Assembly (NCBI RefSeq): GCF_006345805.1
Contig: NC_042997.1
Span: 61,504,001 to 61,568,000 of the forward strand
Direction of reading: 5' to 3'
From: Octopus sinensis
Taxonomy: Eukaryota
Length of the DNA stretch: 64,000 nucleotides
Position 1 is the first letter of the stretch; every line of letters starts with the position of its first letter. Position numbers and translations under genes: made by a program. Under the pieces are notes generated by a model. That model searched no databases, was not told the DNA's origin, and saw only the letters and a program-made list of their open reading frames with translations. Positions 1-13,083 of the stretch are shown here, piece by piece.

Positions 1-2198
1 TATATATATTTATCTTTATGCAAAAACATGAAAACATCTATGCAGCATCAGAGAAATGTAGGTTAAAACATAAAAGCAAATTCTGGATGTATTTGGAGTC
101 CAGCAGAATTAAGATGAAGTAGGATTTAAGCCTAGAAATACTGCAGCTTAGTATTTTGGGAAGATTATATCATTCATGACCAAACTGCTGATTGATTGCT
201 AACAGACATCTAATGACATATTCTCTATACTGTCTGTAGAAACATTGATATGTATTGTTGAATACTAGAATGTTACTCATATTTTATTAAAGCTGTTGGC
301 AAATACAAAATTTGAAAATTCATATAACCTACAGTTACTTAATAATTATCATTATCGTTGATTGTTGTTGGTTGGTCATTTCATCATGTTGACATTAGCT
401 ACGGTGTTTGGCTGGCTGCCTTGAATGGTGGATATCTTGGTCATGGTATCATTATATAGTATTTGTATTCCCTCTAGAAGGAAGAGAATGTTGCCAAGTT
501 ACTCATTGTCACTGTTGACATCACCACCACCTTTGTCATCATCACCGTTATCCTATTTCTATTGCTGCTCTATACCTGTGTTAGATAAACTTCACAACAT
601 GCAGTTTGTAGGCCACATGTGTTATAGGACCCCCCCCCCCCCCCGTAGGGAATTTTTTTTTTTCTTTTTACACTTTAATCTAAAGAAGGGTGGTATTACC
701 CATAAACTTTGAAAACAAATGAACTGCTGTATGGAAAAAGTAAGAGCAAGTGCAGGCATGGCTGTTTGGTAAGAAGCTTGCTTCCCCAACCACATGGTTT
801 TGGGTTCAGTCCCACTGTGTGACACATAGGGAAAGTGTTGGAAACCCATCAGAAAGGCCATTCTTGTTCTCAGGTGTTAGGTTTAATTCATTGTTTGGTA
901 AAACACCACCACCTACCTCATGGGTGCATTTAGCAAAGAGAAAGATACTTTTCTCTGTTGCAAGAAGTTTGGGTTGCAAGTTTGTCCCTTTCTCTCATCT
1001 GTCCTGGAAGTGCTGAAAAATGTCATAGGAATTGCCTTTTCTGTTCTAAACCATTAAAGAAAAATGTTTTTACATTCTTTGGATTGTGGCACTAGAAGTA
1101 CCAAAATTGCAGGACCTTCTTGGATGGTAAGCCTAATGAATTTTTTAGTAATGCAGCCTACCTGATGGTGAACCATGTCTTATGCAGCTTGCTTCTCAAA
1201 AGAGCTTGATTTAACTATTCCACGTTCCCTTCATTTCAGAGAACAATATAATTATTTTTCCATCAAAGTTTATGTATATAACTCCAAATTTTAAAAATTT
1301 GACTCATGATAAATGAAGCCAAATAAAACAATAAGCTGTGGCATTAGCAACCAAGAGCTAATGGTTTGCATCTTATACTGCATCGATGGCAAAAATACAA
1401 ACTCTCAATTACTCAATTTGCTTAACTGACAGTATGTACAATTGGAGGAGTATAACTCATTACTATAATGCTACTGGAGCTCCATGAATTTAATTTATTA
1501 CATTGGCATGAATTTTTGTGGAAGATTATGGTTGATTAAATTGCCCTCAGTGCAATGCATGGCCTAGTGGTTAGGGCATTGCACTCCAATTGTGAGATCA
1601 TGGTTCCACTTCCCAAACTGGATGGTCCATTGTATTCCTAAGCAAAGCACTTCATCTTACATTGCTGTGATCACTTCAACATCCAATGTATGGCACACCA
1701 TTCACCTGCACAGCCAATGTCAATTTGATGGAGGGGGTGTGCTAATGTGCAGCACAAACAAGATTCAAGCTTACCCACATAGTTGCACCATGGTAGAAAC
1801 TAATTGGGAGTTCTCTTTTACTGATTCCATCATTGTGCCAAAACAGATTCAATAGTGCAACATAGATTAGGTTAGAAGTGTGTTTCAGGCAGTGGAAGAA
1901 AAAAACATTTACTAGAGCATAAAATTCATATATTCAGTTTTCAACAAGATCTTGGAATGTTCTGACATAATGTCTATATACACACACACACACACACACG
2001 CACGTGTGTGCGCACTCACATTGTACTCCTGCTTACTCATGGTTTGGCATTCGCGGTCCTGGTTATTCGTGGAATGAATAATTGTTCACGGAAACCACCT
2101 CAGATTCGCAGAATCGTAAATATTGTCTGCAATTTGTTATGACTTCTTTCATGACAATATATATTTCTTCACACTTTTTAAAGCTCAATTATAAATAA

Positions 2199-2711
2199 CT
2201 AGCAGTATCGCCCGGCGTTGCTCGGGTTTGTAAGGGAAATAACTATATAAGCATTTTTAGAGAGTTACTTCCCTTATAGATGCCAATTCGGGCTTTCTTA
2301 GCCATTTCTGTTTTGGTGTCTTCAAGCCATGAAGTCGTTGTTCTAAAAGAACGCTGGTCTCCTTGACAACTCTTTACGACGTTGATTTCCTTACACTCCC
2401 TTCCCCACAGCTTCACGAGGGAGGGAAGAAGGGGGAGAAGCAAACAGGTGCAGGTGTGACCATGGACGCCAACTCCGCCGCCATCGACACACGAAAAATT
2501 ATGCATTAAAATGGAATAAAAAATTATGTTAAATTATTTTTTAAATCGTAGACTCATCGTAGACGCGCGCTAATACTCAGACGGGCTCGATATGACTCAC
2601 GACTATAAGATACCCGAATTTGGTTAAACTGCACCGCAAAATGTGGGAGTAGTTAGGAATGTAAATCGAAGGGGACAGACACTCACACAACTACAGTTTT
2701 ATATATATAGA
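2199..2711 (-). mobile_element. Non-autonomous Helitron, 513 bp, intact termini
   Basis: Minus strand starts TC-TATATATATAAAACTG and ends with hairpin CCCGAGCAACGCCGGG followed by CGATACTGCTAG. It sits between host A and T with no TSD, and is CpG-rich relative to its flanks. Confidence 0.85.
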
Positions 2712-3035
2712 TAATGCACCATATTTGCCAGCTTATTGGAAGCCCCTTCGCAGCTGAAGCTCCCTCTGATTAGAATAGCCATGCATCACGTCGCTTGATT
2801 GTTTTAGATACACGTACGCTGTATCTTGTATCTCTTATTCCTGCTTTCAATCAAAGCTTGCTAATTAGTATCACACCATCTATATATATTTCACACGCGC
2901 GCGCGCACACACACACACACACTCTCTCTCTCTCTCTCCTCCCTCTCTCTCCCTCTCTCTCCCTCTCTCTCTCTTGCTATATTTGTCTCTCAACAACAGC
3001 CTCTCATTGTAGTGAAAGTATATGTATGTATGTGT

Positions 3036-3077
<42 letters not shown>

Positions 3078-3500
3078 TATCACACCAGTATTACTTGGGT
3101 TAGCAGTGACAGATTAAAGATATATACAACATGAGACTGAACAGCAATTTTATACCAGTGCTTTTTTTAAATCATCACTACATTTCAGCATACATATCAT
3201 TTATTTCAACAGGATAATTTTTAAGGTTGTGAGCCAATATAGCCTCATTGAAATTAGGTCCCTCTCTCTCTCTCTCTCATTATTATCATTATAGTATAGA
3301 TTACTGTATCTAAGTGGTAATACAAACTAAATTTTTCAAAGCCATGATTATTTTTAATATCTGCTCAATCTCCTATATGCACATATTAGACACAAGGAAG
3401 ATTTTTTGGTACATTTTTGGGGGAAAAACTGCATCCAGTAGCTATCTCGAGTGTTTTGTTGAGTGTTGCATTTTTCGCAGCATGTTATTAAAGCCCTAAG

Positions 3501-5040
3501 ATGCTGCCCAAATGACCTACACCTTCTAAGGCTTCTGGCAGTGAACCTACGTGCCAGAAAAAGGTTATAACACTTCATGAAAAGGTACATCTGCTGGATA
3601 TGCTCTAGGAAGGTAAGAGTTATGCCCCAGTAGGTCACTGTTATGATGTCAGCAAAAGCACCATATGTTACATAAAGAAGAACAAGGTAGTGATCAGGTC
3701 TACCGTAGCAGTAAGTTTCTGAGAAAGTGCCAAAAAGATAACGAAAGTGAGAAATAAGCACTTGGTCAGGATGGAATCTACCTTGGCATTATGGATCAGT
3801 AACTGCAAGAAGAAAAACATCCCCTTGAGTGGCAACATCATCTGTGAGAAAGCATGGAAATTATATCAGCAGTTCAACAGAGGAGACAGAGCAGAAAGCA
3901 TTGAAGATGCGCAACCAAGAACATTAACAGCACCGGAGCCCCAAGATTTTCAAGCCAGCAAGAGGTGATTTGACTGTTTCCAGAAATGGTTTAAAATAAA
4001 GTCTGTTTCCCTGCATGGAGAGACAGCATCATCCTCAAAGGATCAGGCAGGTCATTGAGGACAAGGGATACAAGCCCGAACAGGTTTTCAATATGGATGA
4101 GACTGGCTTGTTCTGGAAGAAGATGCCTTCCGGAACATACATCATGAAGGACGAAGCCAGAGCCCCAGGATTTAAGGCATAGAAGGACAGAGTGATGCTA
4201 ATTATGTGTGGCAATGCTGCCGGCTTCATGATGAAGCCAGGATTTATCTACAAGTCCATGAACTCGAGGACCTTCAAAAATAGGAATAAAAACTTGCTGC
4301 CTGTCCTCTTGGTGCACAAACCCAAGGCCTGGATTACCAAAAGTCTAACTTTGAATTGGTTCCACCAATACTTCATTACTCAAGCCAAGGAATACCTCCA
4401 AGACGTATGCATTGAATTCAAGGTGTTGCTTTTTATGGATAATGCTGATGGTCACTCTTTGGATTTGAATCATGAGGGAGTCCAAGTCAAGTTCCTCCCT
4501 GCTTACACCACTTCCCTTATCCAGCCTATAGATCAAGGCATGATCTGTGCCTTCAAAGTACTTTACACTTGGAACTCTCTCCAACACCTTGTGGATGCAA
4601 TGGATGCAGACAAGAATTTCAAGTTAAAGGAGTACTGGCATAACTTCACAATCACAACATGCCTGTCAGTCATCCACGCTGCTCTTAAAGACATGAAAAA
4701 AGAAACCCTCATTGCATACTTGAAGAGTGTGTCCAGGACTATAGGGCTTGTCAGCTGAAGATATTCAGCACGAGGCTGTCAACAATGCGGTGAAACTGGA
4801 AAGGTACTTGGAGGCAAAGGTTTTGACAATATCACACAAGATGAGGTCAACAACCTTATTGATGCCCACTTTGAAACCCTGACAGAGGAAGATTTGTTGG
4901 AGTTAACTAAGTCCACTGGCGAAGAGGAGGAGGAAGTGCTAGATCTAGAGGATGAGGTGGGCCTGATAATCAAACATCTGTCTGACCTTTTAAGGACAGC
5001 AAAGGACTTGCAAGGGAAGGCGGAAGCATGGGGTCCCTAT
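3501..5040 (+). mobile_element. Decayed pogo/Tigger transposase (CENP-B-type HTH plus DDE domain, DD30D spacing, acidic tail)
   Basis: Conceptual translation gives KKVITLHEKVHLLDML, RMESTLALWI..CKKKNIPLSGNIICEKA, QVFNMDETGLFWKKMP, LFMDNADGH and LIQPIDQG (30 residues between 2nd and 3rd Asp). Several in-frame stops and a small deletion near 4030. Confidence 0.9.
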
Positions 5041-8000
5041 ATAGAGATTGTTGGTGATAGAGAGTCAAAGTGATCAATATAAAAGTTGAATTCTTTCCTG
5101 GAGCAAATTATATTTTTTATATTATCATTTACAACTGATATTGTCTTTGGGATGTAGATTTCAAAAATGAAATTCATTTTTCTCAAGGATGCACTGTCTC
5201 AGAGCCTATTTGGGTTAAACACACATACATACACTCACATTTATATAGAAGATATGTGTGTGTTTATATATATATATATATATATATGCACACACATACA
5301 TACATATACATACATACATATATGTGTGTATGTGCGTTTATTGTATGGTTGTGTCTCTTTGTTTTGATGCCATGTGATAGTTGTAAATGAGCATCACAGT
5401 CATATATGCAGTGTCATCCATTTCCAGTATTCTGTAGGAAGAAGTCTAGCTGTAGAAAATCTACCTCACATAAACTCTGCCTGATCCATGCACATGTGGG
5501 AAAGTGGATGTTAAATGATGATGATATACACACACACACATAGGCTTCCTTACAGTTTCCATCTATCATTTTCACTCGTGGGGCATTTGTTAGTCTGAAG
5601 ATACAGTAGAAGACATTTGCATATGTTACCAAGTAGTAGAATCAAGCCCAAAATCACATGATTGGAATGCAAAGTTCTCAACCACACAACACTGTCTGCA
5701 ACTTGGTATACACACACACACACATATGTGTGTGTGTGTTTGCTATTTATATCCATTTTTCCCATGATTGTCAGGTGTCTATGGAGCAGATTATATGTTG
5801 GGGCAGTTGTTTTTACAGCTGGATACCCTTTCTACTGATAGCAGTCAAGAAGGGATGGAACCTGGGAATGTATTTAGAAACATTTAGTTTTAAAGAAAAT
5901 AAAACAAAGACACTGCTAAACTAATTGCTTTGTTTACAGATAAGCTATAAGAGTTGTGTCTGATTCACCATATGTCCTTGAAAGACAACTGTTGTGTGAT
6001 ATAAACATTACAAGACTCCTATTTACAAAACTGAAAATGTTACATACAGATAAAATAGCAGGTAAACCCAGGAGAATGACCTTCAAAGTTATTCTAAAAA
6101 TCAACTGATATTCTTAGTACATGTCTTACCATTATATAAAAATAAACCTTTAAAAATGAATACTTTACCATGCACAATAGGAATAATAGTGCATTGCACG
6201 AGAGAATAATTGAGGAATGGAATATTCCCTTCTGATTAATTAAATATCTATCTTCCTTAATTAGTTGGCACCTATTTTACAGAAGCATGATTGAAAGCTA
6301 TATGGTTTACAATAACTTGTCAGGTAAAGAACTGGATGACTTTATTTAGAGAATTATGTTCTAAAGAACATTTACACTTTTGGTTATATTCTTCAAAGTT
6401 ATGATAAAACAACAAATATGCTAACATTAGTTGGAGACCAGATTCTGTGAAGAAATTCCTATTGGAAAATGTTCAAGAAAAAGCTGTCAACAACTTGATG
6501 TGGTAAAGTGTTTACTTCCCAAAACATAGTCCCAGGTACACTGCATAGTAGCTTGGACAAGTGTCTTCTATTATAGTTTTGAGCCGACCAAAGACTTGTG
6601 AGTAGATTTGGTTGATGGAAACTGAAAGAAGTCTGTCAAGTGTTTGTGTTTGTTTGTGTCTGTGTCTGACCCACCTCACCACTTGACAGCCACTGTTGAT
6701 GTGTTTATGTCTCTAACTTAGCAGTTCAGCAAAAGACCCTGATAGAATAAGTACCAAGCTTTGCAAAAAATAATTACTGGGGTTGATTCATTTGATTAAA
6801 AATTCTTGAAGGCAGTCTAATGATTTAAACAAGTAAAAGGTAAAAGGTATCTGTCACATGAGAATAGATTTAAATAATTTGATTTGTTTTTCAATCTTCC
6901 ACAATTGGAGGTAGGAAATATGCATGCATTCGTTCATTTTTCATCAAATTTTTTCTGTGCTAGCATGGGTTAGATGAATAGATTATTGCAGCAATGCCTA
7001 CAATTTGACACTCTTCTTGTCACTAACCACTTTTTGTTTTTCAAATGAAGGGCCTTCACTTGAAAAACAAGTACAGGTTAGTGACAGTGCTTTATCATTT
7101 TGATATTTTGGTGTACAAATCATCCACTGGTTTCACAACTAATATCAACAATACTGTTCATAGTGAGTAACTTTCATAGTATGTAAATATAAACAAACCC
7201 ACACATACACGTGCATACTTATACATGTATATATTTCAGTTTCAGTCACCAAATTTATTCACAAGGCTTTGGGTGACTACTGTCTGTAGTAGAAGACACT
7301 TGGACTAAGATGGCAAACATTGAGATTGAACTGCAAACCACTTGGTTGGAAAGCTTACTTCCTGACTATACAGCTATTCCTGTATATAACAATATTTAAT
7401 ACCACTACCTAATTGATGGATGCTAGTCTGTTGCTAGCCTCTAAGCCAAGTGTACAATCCTTCTTTCTCCTACAAGTCTAAAAGCAGAGGCTCTGAAATA
7501 GGTGCTTAAAATAAATTTAAAATGAAAGAACCAATCAATTTCGAAAGGAAGGGTGTAGAGTTGAAGGCAACCAACCAATTGACTAGATAAATATTGGTAT
7601 TTCAAACAACCTTTTAATATTCTGAAATGGCACATTACACTTATGTAGACATTTACAGGCTCTGCTTATCAGCCATAAATGTGAGGAAAAAAAAACCCTA
7701 CCAAGTAAACTAAGAAATACAAAATTTTCAATGTAAGTTTGCCAAAATTGCTGTTAAAATGACCAGTTATGAGTATATTCTCTTTGTGTTATTGTTATGT
7801 TGCACTATTCAGCTCTCAGCTGATCTATAGCATTGATTTAGCTAAGAGTTTGTTTAGGGAGATCAGACTGGTGCATTCAAAAGTCAAGTAACTAGAAAGA
7901 TGCTTTTCCATTGGCTTGTTTTCTTTCTCTTTTCCCTTCAGCTTCTTCTCTCTCTCTCTCTCTGTTTTGTTTTTGTTGTTAATGTTTTATAAATGTCATC

Positions 8001-8299
8001 GGCATTTATCTTCATAATGTCATCTTGCTCAAATTGAATGTAATAGTAATAGCAGCAACATAAGTACCAGCAGTAGTAGCAGTAAGCTCTCTTTGATTTT
8101 AACTTGCTTATGAGTTATCACCTGATTTTTCTAGTTATACTTTCCCTATCTATATTGTGAGAGTTTTGCCTTAAGATTTACAATATCTAGTAGACAGTTC
8201 ACACTTTAGACAAAGCTAAGAGTTTATTGACATTGTTTTGGCTGTTATGTTAATTAGGTTTAGTGATAACATAGAGATGCTTTTACTGGTTTCGTACTT

Positions 8300-8890
8300 T
8301 GTCAGTGTTATTTCAAGTCATCTTTTCCACACTCCTCTATGGCTGTGAGACATGGGTGTTGTATTGATGAGACTTGAAAAAAAAATCAAACATTTCTGGC
8401 TGCACAAACTTCACTCAATCATGAGGATTCGATGGAAGGACTACACTACCAGTGTAGTGGAGTGCCCAGCATTGAAACTACTGTCTTCAGTGGTCAGAAC
8501 ACGTCAAACATATTCCTCAAATACACCTTCTCCCCATCAAGTCCTCTTTGCAGAGTTGGGCTCAAGCACTAGACTACACAGAGCCCCCAAACTCTATTAC
8601 CAAGACCAGCTCAAGGCCACTTTCCTCCACTGCTCCATTGATCCAAATAGCTGGGAGACAATTGTCAAAGATCACCCAAAGTGGCAGCATGTCATCATCC
8701 AGTGAACAGACGTCAAGTGGCAGAGGTCAGATATCAAAGATACAAAGAGCAACTAGCACTTCCTTGTCCCCCACCAACTCCACCCCTGCAATAAATGCCC
8801 CTGGCTCTTTTATACTACCCATTGCTTGAACAGGCACTAGTACCCCTTGCACCCATCAAGATGAAGAGGCTCAATCACTGGCAACGGACC
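8300..8890 (+). mobile_element. RTE-clade LINE ORF2 C-terminal fragment, decayed
   Basis: TLLYGCETWVLY...IMRIRWKD...QVLFAELG...APKLYYQDQLK are recognisable RTE C-terminal motifs; frameshifted. Confidence 0.7.
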
Positions 8891-10203
8891 TACTACTCAG
8901 ATACAAGTTAACATCAAGGATGACCTCCTCAGTCCTCTTTATTATGGTACCTGTAAATAAATGGAAAATTTATTACTCTGAGTATATTCCCAGATTCAAA
9001 TTGGCTTTGATGGTGAGTTAGATGAATCTTTGGAGCATTGGGTGAAATGCCTAGCAATAGCTATTCTCAGTTCTACCATTCTGTTTAAATTCCGCTGAGA
9101 GTAGTTTTGCTTTTCATCCTTTTCAGGATCCACCAGTCTACTGCCTTGGGTGGAATCATTAGTATGGCAGATGAGATACCTTATGGTATTTTTTCCACCC
9201 TTTTTGCTTTGAGTTCAAACTTATACCATAGCCTACTTAATCTATCACTCAGTTTAACACCACTTCCTGATTCTTATCACAAAAATTCAGGCTAGATCAT
9301 AGGTGTGAGGATGTCTCCCCTCCTTACCACAAGTCTTGACAATCCTGTAAAGTGTCAAGGTTATTATCTTTCTTTCTAACTCAGTTTTTAGAGAAAAGAA
9401 ATCTAATTTCATCATCATCTTTTAATTTATATCTTGTAACTGTTTACTTCATATCATAAATAATTTGTATGAAAAGCCTCTTGTTGATGACTGACTGAAT
9501 TCCATGATGTTTTTACTTGTGATGTAACTTTTTCTGTTTATATATTTAAATTTTTTCTTTCTTTAGTAGTTCAATCACCTCTTTCAGAACTTTTGAGACT
9601 AGACTAATAGGAAGAAAATAGAAAGTTACTCTCAGATTGCAAACTTGTTCCAAAGGCTTGCAACAGAGTAGTTTCTGCTAAAGGCATCCATCAACCATGT
9701 GGTGATGTAAATTACTACATTTTATATGGGCAAGGCTGTGAGGTTAAGAAATCAGCTTTCCAGCTACATGGTTTTTTGGGTTCAGTCTGTGTAGCACCTT
9801 AGACAAGTGTCATTTAAAGAGTTGTGGTTGACAGAAACTGAAAGAAGCCTGTCATATAAGTATGTATATATATATATATATTGGATCATCCTATAAATGA
9901 TGCAGTTTTTTTATACTTCTTTTATTTTTCAAAAATACTCACAAAATTATTTTTAAAAAACCCCACTAAGGTGAAGTGAAATTTTCATCACACACTATAT
10001 TCAACAGTGTTTCAACATCTTCATGTAATGTTGTTGTTTTTTTCTGCAATGTTCTTCCTCTAAGAAATAATTCAGTCACATTATTAAAATATTCAACAAA
10101 ACAGAGCACATCTACTTGGTTATTTATAAATCAACTTTTGGAGTAGGCACATGAAAAAGAGAATGAGTATCTTCTGAAAGATAGATAATACAAGCAAATA
10201 AAG

Positions 10204-10273
<70 letters not shown>

Positions 10274-10652
10274 AGAAGGAATCTGGAAATCCAGATAGTT
10301 ATGCAGTAATCTGTGAACATTGCTTATCCAAATGTGTAGGTGAAAGAGGGAAACTTTCTCCAGTAGAAATAGTAATTTCGCTCAAACTGTTTTCATTTGA
10401 TTACAGGTGTTAAGACTAAATGACTGTGAGTTAGTCATTATTTAGTATATATTTATAATCAATATGATAGTATCATCACTCTCTTCCATGTCTTCAAGTA
10501 TGTTTTCAAGTATGTCTTCAAGTTATATACATTGTCACCCAAACATTAGTGAAACAATTGAAAACCATGGAATAAATATAATACTAACAAATTCACCCTT
10601 CATTAGTTATATCTATAAATAGATATCATCATGGCATAAATATGTACATATA

Positions 10653-10741
<89 letters not shown>

Positions 10742-11242
10742 TATATACATACAGACACACACACAAACAGCTATACAATTAATTGATTTTGTTTTGAATA
10801 TCACTTGAAAATGATATTCGTTTTTCAATATCTCTTCAAAGCTGAGAAAATTTGTTCTTATACTGACAAACTAACAGACATGGAAAACAGAAAAATTTCT
10901 TCAGAATGGGTTTCTCATCATTCACTCAAACTATTCATAATACTTTCAATCAAAATAATGATTCCATGCTGCCTACTTTGGTTTTGATTTTCAGCTTAAG
11001 CTTTAGTTTCTCTTTTCCAAGAATGATAATATTCTTCTTATCTATTTCAAAGTTGGGAAAAGTAGAGAGAATATGGAACTAATTGACTGTTTTGCTATCC
11101 TGGGGGCAATTGAAAGCATGAGAAATTCTCCTTGGTTATAATCTTTTTAAAGGAATCAATGCTTATGCTAATAGATAATTTAGGTGCTAGCTTACTTTTT
11201 TACGTAACCTTTTTTAAATAACTTTAAATATCTAAAATTAAA

Positions 11243-11898
11243 TACTCTTTTACTCTTTTACTTGTTTCAGTCATTTGACTGCGGCCATGCTGGAGCACCG
11301 CCTTTAGTCTACCAAATCGACCCCGGGACTTATTCTTTGTAAGCCCAGTACTTATTCTATCGGTCTCTTTTGCCGAACCGCTAAGTGACGGGGACGTAAA
11401 CACACCAGCATCGGTTGTCAAGCAATGCTAGGGGGACAAACACAGACACAAAACATATACACACACACTTATATATATATATACATATATATACGACAGG
11501 CTAAGTGACGAAGACGTAAACACACCAGCATCGGTTGTCATGCAATGCTAGGGAGACAAACACAGACACACAAACATATACACACACACTTATATATATA
11601 TATACATATATATACGACAGGCTAAGTGACGAAGACGTAAACACACCAGCATCGGTTGTCATGCAATGCTAGGGAGACAAACACAGACACACAAACATAT
11701 ACACACACACTTATATATATATATACATATATATACGACAGGCTTCTTTCAGTTTCCGTCTACCAAATCCACTCACAAGGCATTGGTCGGCCCGGGGCTA
11801 TAGCAGAAGACACTTGCCCAAGATGCCACGCAGTGGGACTGAACCCGGAACCATGTGGTTGGTTAGCAAGCTACTTACCACACAGCCTCTCCTGCGCC
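11243..11898 (-). mobile_element. Young full-length tRNA-derived SINE (family A) with an internal 120-bp triplication
   Basis: Minus strand head GGCGCAGGAGAGGCTGTGTGGTAAG (A box)...GGTTCAGTCCC (B box), internal (TA)/(TG) tract, tail GGCGGTGCTCCAGCATGGCCGCAG...GAAACAAGTAAAAGAGTAAAAGAGTA; CpGs retained. Other family A copies or parts at about 750-840(+), 5530-5710(-), 6500-6850(+), 7200-7385(-), 9730-9870(+), 12155-12475(+), 13135-13505(+), 15950-16145(-), 17700-17865(-), 19745-20140(+), 23250-23400(+), 28420-28765(-), 40290-40445(-), 40680-40790(-), 42640-42760(+). May correspond to a described octopus tRNA-SINE (OK/OR1/OR2); not verified. Confidence 0.85.
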
Positions 11899-13038
11899 TA
11901 TGTTAAAGTATTAGCATGAACAAATGGATGAAAACTTTACTTTTTAATTTCACACACACACACACACACACACTCTCTCTCTCTCTCTCTCTCTCTCTCT
12001 TTATCTATCTATCTATCTATCTATCTATCTCTGCTGGTTTCTTCTTTTTGCTTTATGTGGGAAATAGTCAAGAAAACTCTGGGGTCACTTGACTGAATTC
12101 AGGTTTTAAGAAGGGATAAAAAATTCTCCATTGGTTAAATCTTTTTAGAAAGCAAGTGTGGATATGTGGTAAGAAGTTTGATTTCCAACCACATGGTTCC
12201 AGGTCTAGTCTTCTACTATAGCCTTGGGCCAACTAAAACCTTGTAGGTGGACTTAATAGGGTTGTATATGTGTGTGTGTGTGTGTGTCTTTGTGTCTGTG
12301 TTTGTCCTTCACCAACACTTGACAACCAGTGTTGGTGTGTTTAAGTTCCTGTAACTTAGCAGTTTGGCACAAGAGCCCAAAAGAATAAGCACCTGGCTTT
12401 AAAATATTTAAGGTGGTGCCCCAGCTTGGCCACAGTCTACTGATTGAAACAAGTCAAAGATAAAAGATAAAATGTGTATTCTTCGATGCCAAATAATCAT
12501 ACAAGATATATCAGAAAGCAATAAAACAAACTCGTAAATTGACTAAATATGCTTTTCATGTCTAAATCTGTCTCACTGTGAGGAAAATCTCAGGAAGTTC
12601 TCTGAATAGGCAAGATTTTGATCTCTGCTGCACAGGACAGTAAAAACATCAGCACTTCAAGAGCAAAAAATGTTGACAACATGGCTGGAAGGCAAGCAGT
12701 AAAATATCTGCTTTCTTTGTTTTTCTCTTTCTTGACCACTCACCCATTTTTTTTTGTTTTCTTTTTTGAAAATAATAAAATACAAAGAAAATAACATCAC
12801 CACTCTTATTATGATTGAAAGCAAGCAGTAAAAATTTTGCTTTCTCTTCTCTAGGTTTCTTTTGACAGCTTTATACTAAGAAATGAAAGAATGTGAAATA
12901 AAAGTAAATATGAATCTAGCGGAAATTATCAATAATCTATTATGATATATTGCACAAAAATTATTTATTGGGGAAAAATAGTAAGGCACGTAGTACATGT
13001 ATTGCATACATAGACCCTTCATCCCTGATATATATATA

Positions 13039-13083
<45 letters not shown>

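Noticed and set aside
630-662. Long C and T homopolymers, also the G run at about 57293-57304, as G-quadruplex or regulatory elements
   Set aside because: Single homopolymer runs, error-prone in assemblies, with no further supporting structure.
3501-5040. Domesticated TIGD/CENP-B-like host gene
   Set aside because: Multiple in-frame stops and a deletion near 4030; it is a decayed transposon copy.
11381-11742. CRISPR-like repeat-spacer array
   Set aside because: Units are contiguous tandem duplicates without unique spacers, in a eukaryotic SINE.
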